64,000 bases of DNA from Lama guanicoe (lineage: Eukaryota): NCBI GenBank assembly GCA_013239625.1, contig MU053482.1, positions 4,239,922 to 4,303,921 of the forward strand, in the 5' to 3' direction. The notes under the pieces are model-generated. The model did no database searches. It had not been told where the DNA came from and saw nothing but the letters and a program-made list of their open reading frames with translations. Both the position numbers and the translations under genes were made by a program. This document shows positions 50,231 to 63,064 of the stretch, in pieces (positions within the stretch are counted from its first letter, which is position 1; each line of letters opens with the position of its first letter).

Positions 50231-52589
50231 ATGCAGCAGCCGAGCCAGAGCCATTCACACACCCATCAAGGTGCAGGACTATCCCTGCCCAAGACATGGG
50301 ACTGCCACACTACTGCCACTTTGCGTGACTTGAAAACTTCCATCTTTTCCCCAACCCATCTTCTTTTCCCCTGGCATGTTCCTTATTTTAATTAGTAGAC
50401 AAATAGAACTTGTGCAACCCTTGCTGGTTTCTTGATGTGTTCTCCACGCTGTGTTTACAAATGTAACAGGAGACAAATTGCTCCTGCCACCTGTCCTGGG
50501 AGATAAGCTGGTGGCCTTTAAATGTCTGATTCTGTTGATGCTCCTTATGCAGCAGTGCCCCGTAATGAGTCTGCCCATCTCTTCTTCAGTTTGGGAGGAA
50601 AACAGCTCGAGGAAGTAAAGACAAGGTGGGGCGGGGAACCAGCAGACCAGGTTCCGGTCCTGGCTCTGCCATTGTCTTCTGAGTGATCCCAGGCAAGGCT
50701 GGTAACTTCTCTGAACCTCCATTTTCTTATCTTTAAATTGAGGAGATTAGATGAAGTGTTCCATCAGTTCCCTTCCAAAGTCCCAGTGAGGGTCTCTGCA
50801 GCTCTCAGCCCAAATGCGGTGCTCTTTATGTGACACAAAGAATGTAAGGACGGCTGTCAGTGAGGCAGACCCTGGTTCCGCCAGCTGAAGCCCTGGGCTC
50901 TCTGGCATCTGGATGAGAGTATGAAGTTCTGAACAAGCAGCCCTGGGGATTCCTGGTCTTACCACTGAGCAGCTCTGGAATACTGCGCAAGTCAGTGAAC
51001 TTAAATGAGCCTCAGTTTACTTATCAGTATTATGGTGATAACAATACTTTCTTCATTGGGTTGGTGTGAAAATCTGAAATAATGTGATTTGAGGCACACA
51101 GCAAAGCTCTGGGTGTATTCTCCTGTGTAATTTTTTCTGTGTTGCCTCTGTTGTCCTTCAGGGCCAAGTTCCAATGTCCTAGGGCTGACCCCTAGGGCTG
51201 CTCCCATGGGCTCCAGTTTCCAGGGCTGGGCCCTGAGCTTGTGCCACTCCTTCTCAGGGAGCACAGCCCTGCCCTGCTCCAGCCCAACGGCCGGTCCAGC
51301 TGCCATTGGCCAGGCCTTCTGAGCTCACACAGCCTGCCCTGCAAGGTGCACCTGCTGACAGGCATGCAGTGACTTCCTCCTTGGAAGTGAGGGTGCTGCC
51401 TGTCGGCAAATTGTTCCAGAACTTCTCCACCACCTCCATGATCCAGGCCCACCCAGCCTGCCCAGTGAGTGCATTTCCTGCCAAGCCCACATCTTCACTC
51501 TGTCTCTACCCTGGGGACCACCTGCCATGCCAAGCTCTGCCCTGCTCCTTGGGCCTCACTCAGCCTGCCTGCTCAGATGTGTTTCTGCCCGTTTCCTCAC
51601 TTCCTGCAACTGCTTCGGGAGCACTCAGAGGAGTCAGCTGAAATCACCAGGAGGACCTTTACCATGGGGAGGGTGGTCCCTACCCAAGGAGCTCCAAGTC
51701 CCTCCACCACTTCCTATCTAAACACATACACAGTGACTCGTGGGTTGGTCCAAGCAAGCTGGCCTTTCGATCTCTGTTCTCTCTCCAGCTATTCTGGACT
51801 GTTCTTTGAAGGGGTCTGTATAGGGAAAGATCTTAATTCTTAAAGACCTCAGGCTAGATTGGGCCCTTGGAAAAAGACCGCTTAGCATTAAAAATAATAA
51901 AAGCTTTCCTTTATTGAGGTCCAGGCACTTTATACATATTACCTTGCTGAACCTGATCCAACAACACAGTGACACAGGTACTATGATCATCTTTATTTTA
52001 CAGAGGAGGATTAGACTGGTTAGCAAAGTCCCCAGGACCACGCCACTAACAGGTACCACGCCCGGCTGTCGAGCCAGGCCTGTCTGCACCGAGGCCCAGT
52101 GCAAAGCCACGCTGCTACCCCGCTTCCCACGGAGGCAAGGCTGGCCTGGCTGGGCAGGGGGCGAGGGGAGAGGGGCTTCCCTTCCCTTGTCTTTCATCAT
52201 CACCAAAGACCTGATTGGACACTGCTGTGCTGGCCTCCGCTAATTCCTCCCTTCCCCACATCAGATTCTTCCTCTATAGCTCTTTAATCAGGGAAACCAG
52301 CCAAGACCTTCAGCAACTCCATTATCTTGGAAATGAAAATTGAGACAAAGGAAAAAGTCCCCTGGTCCCTGCACGTCACTTAGACAGATCACAGGCTGAG
52401 TGACTCTCCAAAGACAAGGCCTTACAGAGTTTGCTAATGGGGTTTAGCAAAATGATGTTTCGCTTCATATGTGGTGGTCAGATCGGGCTTCTTTCACCGC
52501 CTTGGTGGCTTGTTCGTTCCTTCTAAGCAGGATGGTGGGCCAGGAAAGAACAGGGCTTGGCTGAAGCCAGTCAGCATCGTTACCTAAGC

Positions 52590-52780
52590 TTCTTATTTAC
52601 TTTTCTAACAACTCTGGGGGACAAATGCTATGGTTAGGCCTATTCCAAATATAAAGAAACTGAGGCACGGAAAGTTTGCATACCTTGCCCGCAGTCACAC
52701 AGCTAACAAGGAACAAAGCTGCGATTCAAACCTAGGCAGTCCAGTGTCACAGTCTGTGTGTTTAACCACGGCGCCACCCT
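52590..52780 (-). mobile_element. MIR SINE
   Basis: 'gaaactgaggcacgg...cttgcccgcagtcacacagcta...gattcaaacctaggcagtc'. Confidence 0.8.
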
Positions 52781-53161
52781 AGCTTGAATTCGCTAGGGAT
52801 CATTCAATACACAAATAAAGGAAGATATGTCATTATACTTTTGTAACACTTTGAAAATGGATTCCCAAGTCAGGAAAAAAGAAAATCCTTTATCTAACCA
52901 TGTTTCTTAGGAGCGAGTTTAGACAATGTGTTTGCCCAGGGACAGGTGACCACATTTTTAAGGAGAAAAGATTTTGTAGGTCTGCATGGTGTCTAGACAG
53001 GGAGCTGAGGAGAAAGGATCTGTCCGTGTGTGTCTCCGGGGCTGCCCAAGGAAGAGGAGGCTGACGAGGTGACAGCTCCTAGTGATTAGACAGAAATAGC
53101 CCAGCCGTGGAGGAGAGCCAGCCACCAGGCTGGCCGGGGCTGGAGGAAACAGCTTTTAAAG

Positions 53162-53362
53162 CAATGCTGCCCAAAACCTAGTCCTTGGACTTCCTGCAAT
53201 GGAACCACCTCAGGGTTTTATTAAAAACATGCAGATTCAGAACTCCAGACCCATGAATGGGAATCGCTGGGGAGAGAGGAAAAAATGGGAATGAATATCA
53301 ACCCCAAATGTGAAACTGTACCAAGCTCCCCAGGTGTTCTGATGGAAGTTTGGAATCCTCTG
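53162..53362 (+). mobile_element. MER5-type (hAT-Charlie) element
   Basis: 'ttattaaaaacatgcagattc', 'caagctccccaggtgttctgatg...aagtttggaatcctctg'. Confidence 0.65.
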
Positions 53363-53514
53363 CCATGAAACCTGGCGGCTCTGTTTGCCATGAGTCTCTG
53401 TGCACCATGCATCCTTGGGAAACAGGTCTCGGTCACCAGAATAAACCCTGACCTACAGCCCAGCCCGAGCTGCACAGTGCAATATAATCTGATACTAATA
53501 TAATACATCAACAT

Positions 53515-53760
53515 CAATCATGGCAGCCACTGATTACTGAGCACTTACTACATGCCAGACACTGTTCAGTGCTTTCCCAGTCTTATTTATGTTCATTTTC
53601 ATCACAGCCTGTGCTATAGTCATGGTCAGCCTTGTTTTGCTGATGATGAAATCAAAGCTTGGAGAGTCTGGGTGACTAGCTCAGGGCAACACAAAAAGCA
53701 AGCCATGGAGATGGAATTCAAACTCCCATTGGGTCACTTTGACCGTTCTGGCTCTGAGCA
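53515..53760 (-). mobile_element. MIR SINE
   Basis: 'ttactgagcacttactacatgccagacactgttc...tttgctgatgatgaaatcaaagcttggagag'. Confidence 0.75.
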
Positions 53761-55823
53761 CAAGGTCAGTGCTGCAGGCAGGCCACCCTCTGCCAGCAGC
53801 TCCAGGGCCACACCAGGGCTGGGAAGGCTGACAGGTGAGGAAGCTACTCCTCCAGCTGCACATTCATTTCATTGGATCCCCCAGGGATGCCTGGCCCCCT
53901 ATTTTAACACCACCCAGTGTTCTGGGCTGATATCAGCTCCGGGAGGCCTGAGTCTGCAGGATGGGAGATGCCAGGGTGTCACCACCTCCCATATCCACAG
54001 CTGAGATGAACACTGTTGCTGGAAAAAACAACATTGGGGCCCCAGAGCCTGCAGTGCTCCTCTGGGGACCTCACACAGTGCCCCTTCTGTGGATGGACCA
54101 GTGTCCACTGACCTGGAGGGCAATCTTCACTTCTGAGATGTGTGCCTCGGGGAGTGGCGCATCTTCTCTGCGAATCTATAAATGGCGATAATGACGAGGC
54201 CTCAATGGGTCTCTGGGAGGATTAAAGTTGACACCATATGGAAGGCATCTGGCCCCAGCCCACACACCGTAGGTGCGTAGACCTTCCCTCCTTACCCCTG
54301 CTACTGCCTTCTTTAATTTCTTGGTATCGTCCCCATCTGGACAGCATTGCCAGATCTCCTGCCCCAGCCCTCGAGTCAGAAATTCCAGGAAACTCTGGGG
54401 ACTCCTTTGCTGGGAGGGGTACACAACATCCCCCCACCCTCCCACCATCAGAGTTCGGGGGAGCCCTGGGGCCCCCTGTTCTCTCAACCCAGGATGTAGG
54501 CTTCCCAAGGGCAGGGCCTTAGCTGTTTGTTCTCTGCTCTTTCCCCAGCATAAAAGCGTGCCTGGCAGGGAGCAGGCACTCCAGTCACACTGAATGAATG
54601 AATTCCATCATCTGGCAAACAAGAACTGTGCACCTGCTCTGTGCAGGGCCCAGTGCTGAGAACAAAGCCCTCTGGAGCATGTGGTTCTGCCCTCACATTG
54701 GACACCTGGGGCTCCCTCTCAAGGGCACAAGACTGATCGAAGCCCCCTTCTTATCTGCCCTGCTCCTCTTGTCCCAAAGTGTGGCCAAGTCAGCAGTGCA
54801 GCCACGCTCTTCTCCTCCTGTCACTTTGTCTGGGGGACAAGCCTTCCAGAAAGAGATGCTCAGACCATGGCCTCCTTCTAGAACTTTCCATGCGTGCCTA
54901 GAGCTGGAGCCAAGCCCAGAGGCCTCTCCTGAGGAGGGAGCGGGCAGCTGTCCCTTGGCTTGGCCACCCCTCCAGAGAGCTGTACTGACACATCCTTACT
55001 GCTCACAGCCTCCTGCAGGAAAATCCACTTGCAAGACAGGAAGAGACACAAGCCTGAGCCAGAGAAGCCTCACACCCACCCCTCAGAAGGCCCTGGGAGG
55101 ACCCAGCTCCAACAGAGGAAACACTAAGCAACCATGAGGTTGAGCTGCTGGGAACACAGAGGGCAGCTGTCTGCAGGGGAGCCTGCAGAAGGTTCCAGGA
55201 TTCCTGGCCCCCCACTGATGAACTAATGGATCCATCTCAACTACTTATTTACTGATCATTAACGACTCTACCCAAAAGCTGGAAGAAGAGTTATGTCTGG
55301 GTCTTAGGAAGCAAAACAAAACAAAGCAAAACCTTAGCACCAAAGTGTTGGAAGTTGCTGCCAAAAGATCGATCAGAAATGAAGAAGACAGAGCCTCAGA
55401 CTATCACAGAAGTCAACGGCGGACCAGAATTTGCTTTACACAAGTGTGATGTATGGCTTTAAGACACAGCACCTGGCAAAGAGGCACCTCTATTCCCAGT
55501 ACCAACCCCAGGGAGGGTGGAAAAGGGCACTGGGCTGGGGACCAGAATGACGGTGGCACTGCAGCCCAGCCCTTCCCAAGCTGGGCAAACTTGGACGAGG
55601 GGCTTAACCTCTCTGGGTCTCTGTTTCCGTCTCTGAAAACTGAAAGAGCTGTACTAGATTATCCTAAACATATTTTGTGGTGCCATTAACTCTTTCGCAC
55701 CTCCATATCAATATTTCAAAGACAGAGGTAGTCAGTTCTGTCATCTTCTCCAGGGCTTGGATGGCGTCCTTGTAAACTTGGCAATGGGCCCTGGAAAGGG
55801 CGTGATAATTGTTTCTCTGCCTG

Positions 55824-55837
55824 GTTGCTATGGAAAC
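55824..55837. promoter_or_regulatory. RFX X-box motif GTTGCTATGGAAAC (candidate site)
   Basis: Close match to the palindromic RFX consensus GTTNCCATGGNAAC, in repeat-free sequence; binding not demonstrated. Confidence 0.5.
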
Positions 55838-56699
55838 TTGCAACTCCTGCATCCCTGGTGCTAGGAGAATGGCGTGTCTGGAGCTCCTGGGTGGTTTGGG
55901 TTTGTTTTGTCCACATTCACTGAATGAGCACTGAAGTGTTCCCAGAACTGAAGGTGGTGGCTTGCTGATATGAGTCACTGCTGCCCCCCCTTTAATTACC
56001 AAGTTTTGGTAGAAAGCTTGGGATCGTGGCAATCGCATTAGTAGTCCTGATGCTGCAAAGGAGGGACTCTCACAATTAGCGCACCCCTTGGCCCTAAAAA
56101 CTGGTTCCTAATCTGCCTTCTGCAGGCTTCCCTTTGCCTGCTCTCCTGCTCTGCAACTTCAGAGCGATGCTTTATGACTTTCCTGCCACCTCTAATGAGA
56201 CATACACTTCAAAAAGGTGCCCTGAAAGATCTAGCAGCACCTCTGCGTGACTCCCCCTGATCATGAAAACACATCAGCTCAGCAGACACGTGTGTCAGAA
56301 AGCAGGTCTTCAAGGGCCCAAACAGAAACATGTAATTGGCAGAAAGGTTGCTGATGGCGGTGCTGTCTACTCAGACTCTTGAGCTGTCACAGAGGGAAGA
56401 TGGGCTAGAAAATCCTCCCCGTCTACGGTAACCCTATAAAATGCATCAGATTTGCTCAAAGGTTTGTGCAATATTACAGTGTTCTTTTCAACAATGAAAG
56501 TGACTTCGGAAACCAGAAATATGACCACTGAGGCAGGCTGCCTCACTCCTGATGAAACAGAGCAAGTAGCAGGCTTCCTGGCCTGCCCCCCGTCCGGTCC
56601 TGAGACCGCAGTGTTCCCCACTGCCCGAGATGAATGGGGTGGGCCAGGGCTGCTGACGTTTCTCACCATCATGCTGTGCACCTACAAGCTCTTTCACCC

Positions 56700-57400
56700 G
56701 CCCTCCCCAAACAGGGCAGCCTATCACCACCTGAGTAACTGCCCGCATTTCCACACACGCTTCAGGCTCAGAATCAACCCCAGCTCCTCCATCTCTCTCG
56801 CCCTCCCACAGCTGATCATTCACCAAGTCCTCCTCGAACTCCACCACCACAGCCTCCAGCACTGTGCTGGTTCCCAGCCCCTGCCTCTCTCACCTGCACT
56901 GGTCCAGTTGTCTCCTAATTAGGTTCCTGGCCTTCAGCCTTACCCTCGCCAAGCCACCCTCCACCAGAGCAGTCTTTCCAAAGCCCAGACCGCATCTTGC
57001 CACTCTCTACTCAAAATTCTTCCGTGGTTCTCCAGGGCTTGCAGGATCAAGTCTTAATCCATTAGCCTGACATACGAGGCTCCTCCTGCACTGGCCCCCA
57101 TCCCCATGTCAACACTGTGGGAACCACTCTTTACCTAGGCCAACCCCCTTCCTTTTAAAGCCTTCCCTCATCTTCTCTCCTCTCCCAGATAGAGCAAGTC
57201 ATGGCCACCTCTGTGCTCCCACAGCAAACTGGGCTTCCTCCCCTCAGCAATCCTCCTTCCATGATGTTTGCATGTTTCTTTAGAGCTCCGTCTCCCCTCC
57301 AGACCATGAGCTCTTTGTGGGCAGGGACGCCATCCTAGTCATCTTCTGAAGAGCACGGTGTTGGCAGACACTTAACAATTTTTCCATGAATGAATGGAGA
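56700..57400 (+). mobile_element. L2 3' portion
   Basis: 'ccaccagagcagtctttccaaagc...cactctctactcaaaattcttccgtggttc...gtctcccctccagaccatgagctctttgtgggcagggac...atgaatgaatg'. Confidence 0.75.
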
Positions 57401-57544
57401 CATAAATGAAGAACTTGCCACATACTACTTGCTTTTCACACACAAAGAAAACTTTCCACAGGAAGACTAACTCTTTCCACACCCTAGTTACAGAAAGCAA
57501 TCAAACCAAGCTCAAAGAGAAAAGGCCAGGGTATCGAGAAGAGA

Positions 57545-57790
57545 ATGTAGGGTGAAGAGGTGAACAGTCAGGCTGCTTGGGTTCAAATCCAACCTCTACC
57601 ACTTTCTAGCGGTGTGACCTTGGCCACCTTTCTTCACCTCTCTGAGTATCCGATTTCCTACCTGTAATCTGGAGGGAGAGTAAATACTATGACCCTCCTC
57701 ATAGGTTGCTGTGTACGTGAAATGTTAGCCAAGGTACCTGGGAAGGGTCTGGTGCACAGCGAGCGCCCTACCAATGCCAGTCACTGTTAC
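57545..57790 (+). mobile_element. MIR SINE, near full length
   Basis: 'gggttcaaatccaacctctaccactttctagcggtgtgaccttggcc...cctctctgag...cctcataggttgctgtg'. Confidence 0.85.
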
Positions 57791-58201
57791 TAGGGAGGAG
57801 CCGCTTCCCGGGTCTTTCTGCCTCCCCCATTCAGAGAACAGTGGGCTCAGCCCAAGTGGCTGCTATGGCTTGGATGTTTCTAGAGCCTCCATCTCAGGAA
57901 GTTGTTAACTCCAGCCTCGCTGATCTGTGACAAGTGTGGGTCCTCAGGGACAGAACCCACAGAAGGGCTCTGGGGAAAAACAGCATCTGTGCGGAGGTGC
58001 CCACCATCGCGGCTTCATCCCCACGGCAGGAGGCTCCCAACTGGGCCGCCTGGGCCCCCAGCCCTGTGCCCACTCTCCTGCTTGCTGAAATGACAGGGGC
58101 CTGGTACAGGATAGAGGGGCTTCATGGGGACTCTGGGGACCCCGCCGTCAGGAGCTGAGCATGCCCTCAGTTTCAGGGTGGGGACGGCCCTTCTCTGCCA
58201 C

Positions 58202-58580
58202 TGTCTTAGTCTGTTCAAGCTGTGATGTCAAAATACTGCAGACTGAGTGGCTTAGAAACAACAGCAAGTTATTCCTGACAGCTGTGGCGGCAGGAAGCCC
58301 AAGACCAAGGCGCAGGCGTGGTCTGTTTTGGCGAGGGCCCTCCTCCTGGTTCACACAGGCACTTCCCTCTGTGTCCATGCAAGGTGGGGGGGGTGGTGGG
58401 GGGGTGGCCCTCCCCGGAGCTTCTCTCACGAGGGCACTGCCCCCATTTCTGAGGGCTCCACCCCACGGCCTAAACTCCTCCCAAAGGCCCCACCCACTAC
58501 CATCATCTGGGGTGGGGCTGGGGGGTGCGATTTCAACACATGAATCTGGGGGTGGGGACTCAAACGTTCAGACCACAGCA
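58202..58580 (-). mobile_element. MLT1A/MLT1A0 MaLR solo LTR
   Basis: 'tgtcttagtctgttcaagctg...gactgagtggcttagaaacaacag...tgagggctccacc...cctcccaaaggccccacc...caaacgttcagaccacagca'; 5-bp TSD gccac/gctac. Confidence 0.85.
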
Positions 58581-59939
58581 GCTACCCGGGCCCTGTCATC
58601 CGCACCACTTCTGTACAGGGTGGTCGCTCACAAGTGCTGCTGGGGGAGCAGCAGGCCAGGGGCCAGGGGTGCGGGAAGGGGACGGGGCAATGTGGCACAG
58701 GGAAGCGCCCAGCTTCAGCATTCAGCACGTGGGGGCCCGAGGCTCACTCCACCCCAGCCACCCACTGACCTGCACTAATTCCATCTCTCCAGAGGGCCCA
58801 GGTTTGCTCATCTGCAAGTGAGGGGCCTGGGGTTATCCTGTGGCTCAGGGACGTGAGCTGGGCTTCAAATGTGTTGCAGGGTGCAGGGTGGGGGCCGCAG
58901 CATTGTTCCACTTCCTTCCTCCCACCCCGCTACACTGGTGCTTCGGGCTCTGGTGGCATGTGGGAACACCCATTCTTCTTCAGACAGAAAAAGCCTTTTC
59001 TGAATCATTTTTCCTCTTTCCACATCAAGCCAAGAAACCTGGAACAATAAAAAGCTGGCCCAGGCTTCTGTCATGACTGTCTGCAAACCTAATCAAAATG
59101 AATGCCTCGGGCCCTGGAATGATGAGCATAATTCTTCCTCATCAGCCCGGAAGGTCTTGGGGCTTCAGGATCCTCTCCAAAGGCAAGAAGCAGATGGCCA
59201 ATGGGCCCAACCAGGACCCCTGTGGATGTGGTTATCCCGGTCTCCTCGGGCTCTCAGTCATCAGCCTCAGGGAAACCAGGCATGTTGTAATGGAAGTAGA
59301 GGGAACCCAACCTTCAGACCCGTGGGGAGGGGGTGCCTGCGCTCTGAGTCGGGAGTGCTGGGTCCCGCGCATTTATTTCCAGAGACACACTTTTTCTATT
59401 ATTAATAATGAAACGCTTGGAGATCTATGGAGGTCTTGCTCTGGGTCAGGCTACTGTAAGTGCTCTGGCTGCACTAAGTGATAAAATCACTTGTTTATTC
59501 AACCAAAAACTTAGTGTGCACTCAGCATGTACAAGAGGCTGTGCTAGACACTGAGGCACAGTGTGAAGCCACCGTTCCTGCACACAGGGAGCAAGCAGTC
59601 TAGGGTTATGGTCCTCAAACCGAAGTATGTATCCAATGAGGATCAGCTGGTGTGTGAACTCTGGGCCACACTCTCAAACAAAAATCTTCACTTTTCTCAA
59701 GCACCTCCTCCCTAACCCACATTTTGTGAAACACTGGTCTGATGCAATTGGAGAAGTCTACAGCTCTGCTCATGTCACAGATGAAGAAACTGGGGTTCAG
59801 AGAGGCTGGATAACTTGCACTAGATCACAAAGCTCATAAGGGGCCAAGCTTGAATAGGGACACTACTCTGTCTGACTTCAGAGCCAATATTCTTAATCAC
59901 TACTCTATCCTTCCTTCCCAAACCTTACCTGAAGAATTA

Positions 59940-60930
59940 TAAGTGTATTCACTGTGTACCAAATCATTTCAATGTTGTGTAATCCTTATGACTACCTAAC
60001 TACATGAGGTGGAAAATGTTACTATTGTTCCCATTTTACAGATCTAAAAATGGGGCTCAGAAGATGCTCAACATTGCTAATTACTAGAGAAATGCAAATC
60101 AAAACTACAATGAGGTATCACCTTACACCAGTCAGAATGACCATCAACAAAAGTCTACAAATAATAAATGTTGGAGAGGGTGTGGAGAAAAAGATACCCT
60201 CCTACACTGTTGGTGGGAATGCAAATTGGTACAGCCACTATGGAGAACAGTATAGAGGTTCCTTAAAAAAATAAAAATCAAGTTACTCTACGATCCAGCA
60301 ATCCCACTTCTGGGCATATATCTGGATAAAACTCTAACTTCAAAAGATACATGCACCCCAGTGTTCACAGCAGCACTATTTACAATAGGCAAGACATGGA
60401 AGCAACCTAAATAAATGTCCATCAACAGATGAATGGGTAAAGAAGATGTGATATATAATGGAATATTAGTCAGTCATAAAAAAGAATCATATAACCCCTT
60501 TTGCAGCAACATGGATGGACTTGGAAATTATCATATTAAGTGAAGCAAGTCAGACAAAGACAAATATCATATGATATCTCTTATTTGTGGAATCTTTTAA
60601 AAAATGACACAAATGAACTTATTTACAAATCAGAAATAGACTCACAGACATAGAAAACAAACTTATAGTTACCAAAGGAGAAAGGGGTGAGGAGAAGGAA
60701 TAGATTAGGAGTTTTGGATAAACATACACACACTACTATTTATAAAACAGATAAACAACAAGGACCTTCTGTATAGCACAGAGAACTATTTTCAATATTT
60801 TATAATAACCTAAAAAAATGGGGCTCAGAGGGTAAAGCAACTTGCTCAATGTCACATGACTAGGAGGACCCAGAGCCAAGCTTCAAAGTCAAGTCTGTCC
60901 CACTGCAAGGCTTTTGCTTTTCTAAGACTC
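59940..60930 (-). mobile_element. MIR SINE split by L1 (59940-60061 and 60814-60930)
   Basis: 'cccattttacagat...ggggctcaga' resumes after the L1 as 'ggggctcagagggtaaagcaacttgctcaatgtcacatgactag'. Confidence 0.8.
60062..60813 (+). mobile_element. L1 fragment: frameshifted ORF2 C-terminus plus most of the 3' UTR, 3'-truncated, with 16-bp TSD
   Basis: Translates to REMQIKTTMRYHLTPVRM and, in another frame, [25 protein letters not shown] (L1 ORF2p CCHC region); TSD AAAAATGGGGCTCAGA at 60046-60061 and 60814-60829. Confidence 0.95.
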
Positions 60931-62030
60931 AACTTCTGAAATTTTTTTTTTAAAAAACAAGGAGCAGTCAGATGGAAAAGCAACAGTGAAAACCAGCCAC
61001 GGACAAAAAGGGAAAAAATGCAGCTGTTCTGCCAGCGGGTTAGACTCAGAGGAGAGGAGTTCCTTCTCCACGGTCTCTGGGGGTGTTCACGGCCCAGAAC
61101 TCCAGAATCACCTCTGCCCTTTGGAGCCCAACCCGTGGACTAGGACATTCCAGCCTGTGTGCACATGCCCAGCCATGAGGGTATCTGTTAGCGACAGTAC
61201 ATCCAGCATGTGCAGCCACATTCGGATATTCATGTGCACACGCTGTGTTCAAGCTGCACTCCTTGAAATCCAGGTCCCTAGGCAACACCCTGTGAAAAAG
61301 TCACCTTGTGGCAGGTGATCCTCCGCCACCCCAACCAGCTGTCACCACAGGATTAAATAGCCTCTGTTGTTGAAAAGTGTTTTCCAGTCAAAAGAGGTTT
61401 TAGCAGCCAGAGTGCATGTGTAAAGGTCACTTCCCCACTCAAGGGATGGCCAAGCCAGGGGAAGGGACAGAAGGCTGGGGAGGGGCTGCCGGGGGGATGA
61501 CATTTGAAATTACGCATCTCTCTAAGCTGCTACAGAGCTGCCGAGCTTGAGGGAAGGCCTGGGTCCCCGGGGACGTGGTCTTTTTGTATTTACATGACAA
61601 GCCCCTCTGCACAAAGCAAGCATCAACTAACCTGCAAGGAAGGGATCACAGCACCCTCGGAGAACACAGAGTGGGGACATCCTGGGGAAGGCCCCCGCTG
61701 CTGCGCCCCCTCCCCAGTCTCTCCGCCAGGCTGCCAGTGTGGACTCCCTTTCTAAGCGTCTCTGATGCACACCGAGCCCTGACATCCCTGAGGAGGCTTC
61801 CAAGCCCAAGGGGAGCTTGTTGCCTAGCTAGCACTGGGCCACAGATTATTTGCAAGAGCAGGTGCACAGGCCCATCTGCTGGGTGAACGCCGGTTCCCCA
61901 CGGCTCTGTGAACCCAGCCAGGACCCTAGGACCACACGGACTCCCCCTCTCCCGCACCCTCGGGCACCCAGTCCTGCTACTTCTGCTTTTTTATCCTCTC
62001 CCAGGTCTATCCTCTTCCCTCTGTCCCAAC

Positions 62031-62517
62031 CGACAAAGAGTCCTTGGCCAGACTTTAGTCAGGCTCCTCAGAACCCACTTTCCAACTATGCCTCGACTTT
62101 CGGGCTCCCACATTCATCTCTGCATCATTCAATTTTAGCAAGAATCCGGCTAAATCAGTTTAGCTAGATCCCCACTTGCCCCAACCCTCAGTGTCTGATC
62201 ACACTCAGTGACTGGTTTCCTCCCCCTCCCCCTCCCCCAGCTGATGTGTCTGGTCACCCTGGCCTGCCTTCAGCAAGAGTCCTGTTAGGTCAGTTTATCC
62301 AGAATCCCCTCCTTACCCCTGATGCTCCCTCTCAGTGATTTTCCATCCGCTGACCCCACTTTGCTTCTTGGCTATAAATTCCCACTTGTCTTGTTGTATC
62401 TGGAATGGAGCCCAGTTCTATAGAGAGGTCTCTTTTCCCGTATTGCAAGAGTCCTGAATAAAACCTGCTTTCCCACTTTAGCTACTGTCCAGCTCTGTGG
62501 CTTTTTTTTTTTTGACA
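62031..62517 (+). mobile_element. MER31-family ERV1 solo LTR
   Basis: Perfect 4-bp TSD CAAC (62027-62030, 62518-62521); 'actttagtcaggctcctc', 'ttttagcaagaatcc', 'cctgccttcagcaagagtcctgttaggtcagttt'; TATAAA at 62373; AATAAA at 62457. Confidence 0.9.
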
Positions 62518-63064
62518 CAACTACGCCCACCTCTGCTGCCCGGAGCTGTGCAGCATTCTCTCTTGCGTGTGCTCCCCATGAGGCTCTCCCAGCAGTCATC
62601 ATCTCAGAACCTACTTTCTCTATCGTTGTCCAACACAACTCAAATCCTGCCACCGCAATGCTTTAAGATGTAACGTGGCACCCACTGCCCACTGACTTTG
62701 CCTTCGAGACCCTTCACAACCTAGGACCAGCCAACCTGCCTGACATTATCTCCTGTCCACCGTCCCCCAATACTGTGACCTCCAGCCATACAGACACATC
62801 TGTTCCCCAAACAGCCCACAGTATCTACTAGATATCCTGAATGCTACTGATTTCTTTCTGGATCTCCATCTCTGCATCTTATAAACTCCTAGAGAGCCTG
62901 GTACAGAGCAGGCACAGAGTGAAAGTTTAGATCAGATAGGTGGGTACGTAGATGATGGATGGACGGATGGATTGATGGGTGAAGAGTCTTTGATCGGCTC
63001 TTGTCATTTTTATCTGATGCCTATCTGGGAGGCAAGCCACCTGATCAGACATTTCCAAACACGA

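Noticed and set aside
60050..60274. ORF with real protein similarity
   Set aside because: Frameshifted remnant of the L1 ORF2p C-terminus, not a host gene.
18678..61289. Identical 14-mer CCCTAGGCAACACC at 18678 and 61276
   Set aside because: Several shared 14-mers are expected by chance in a window this size.
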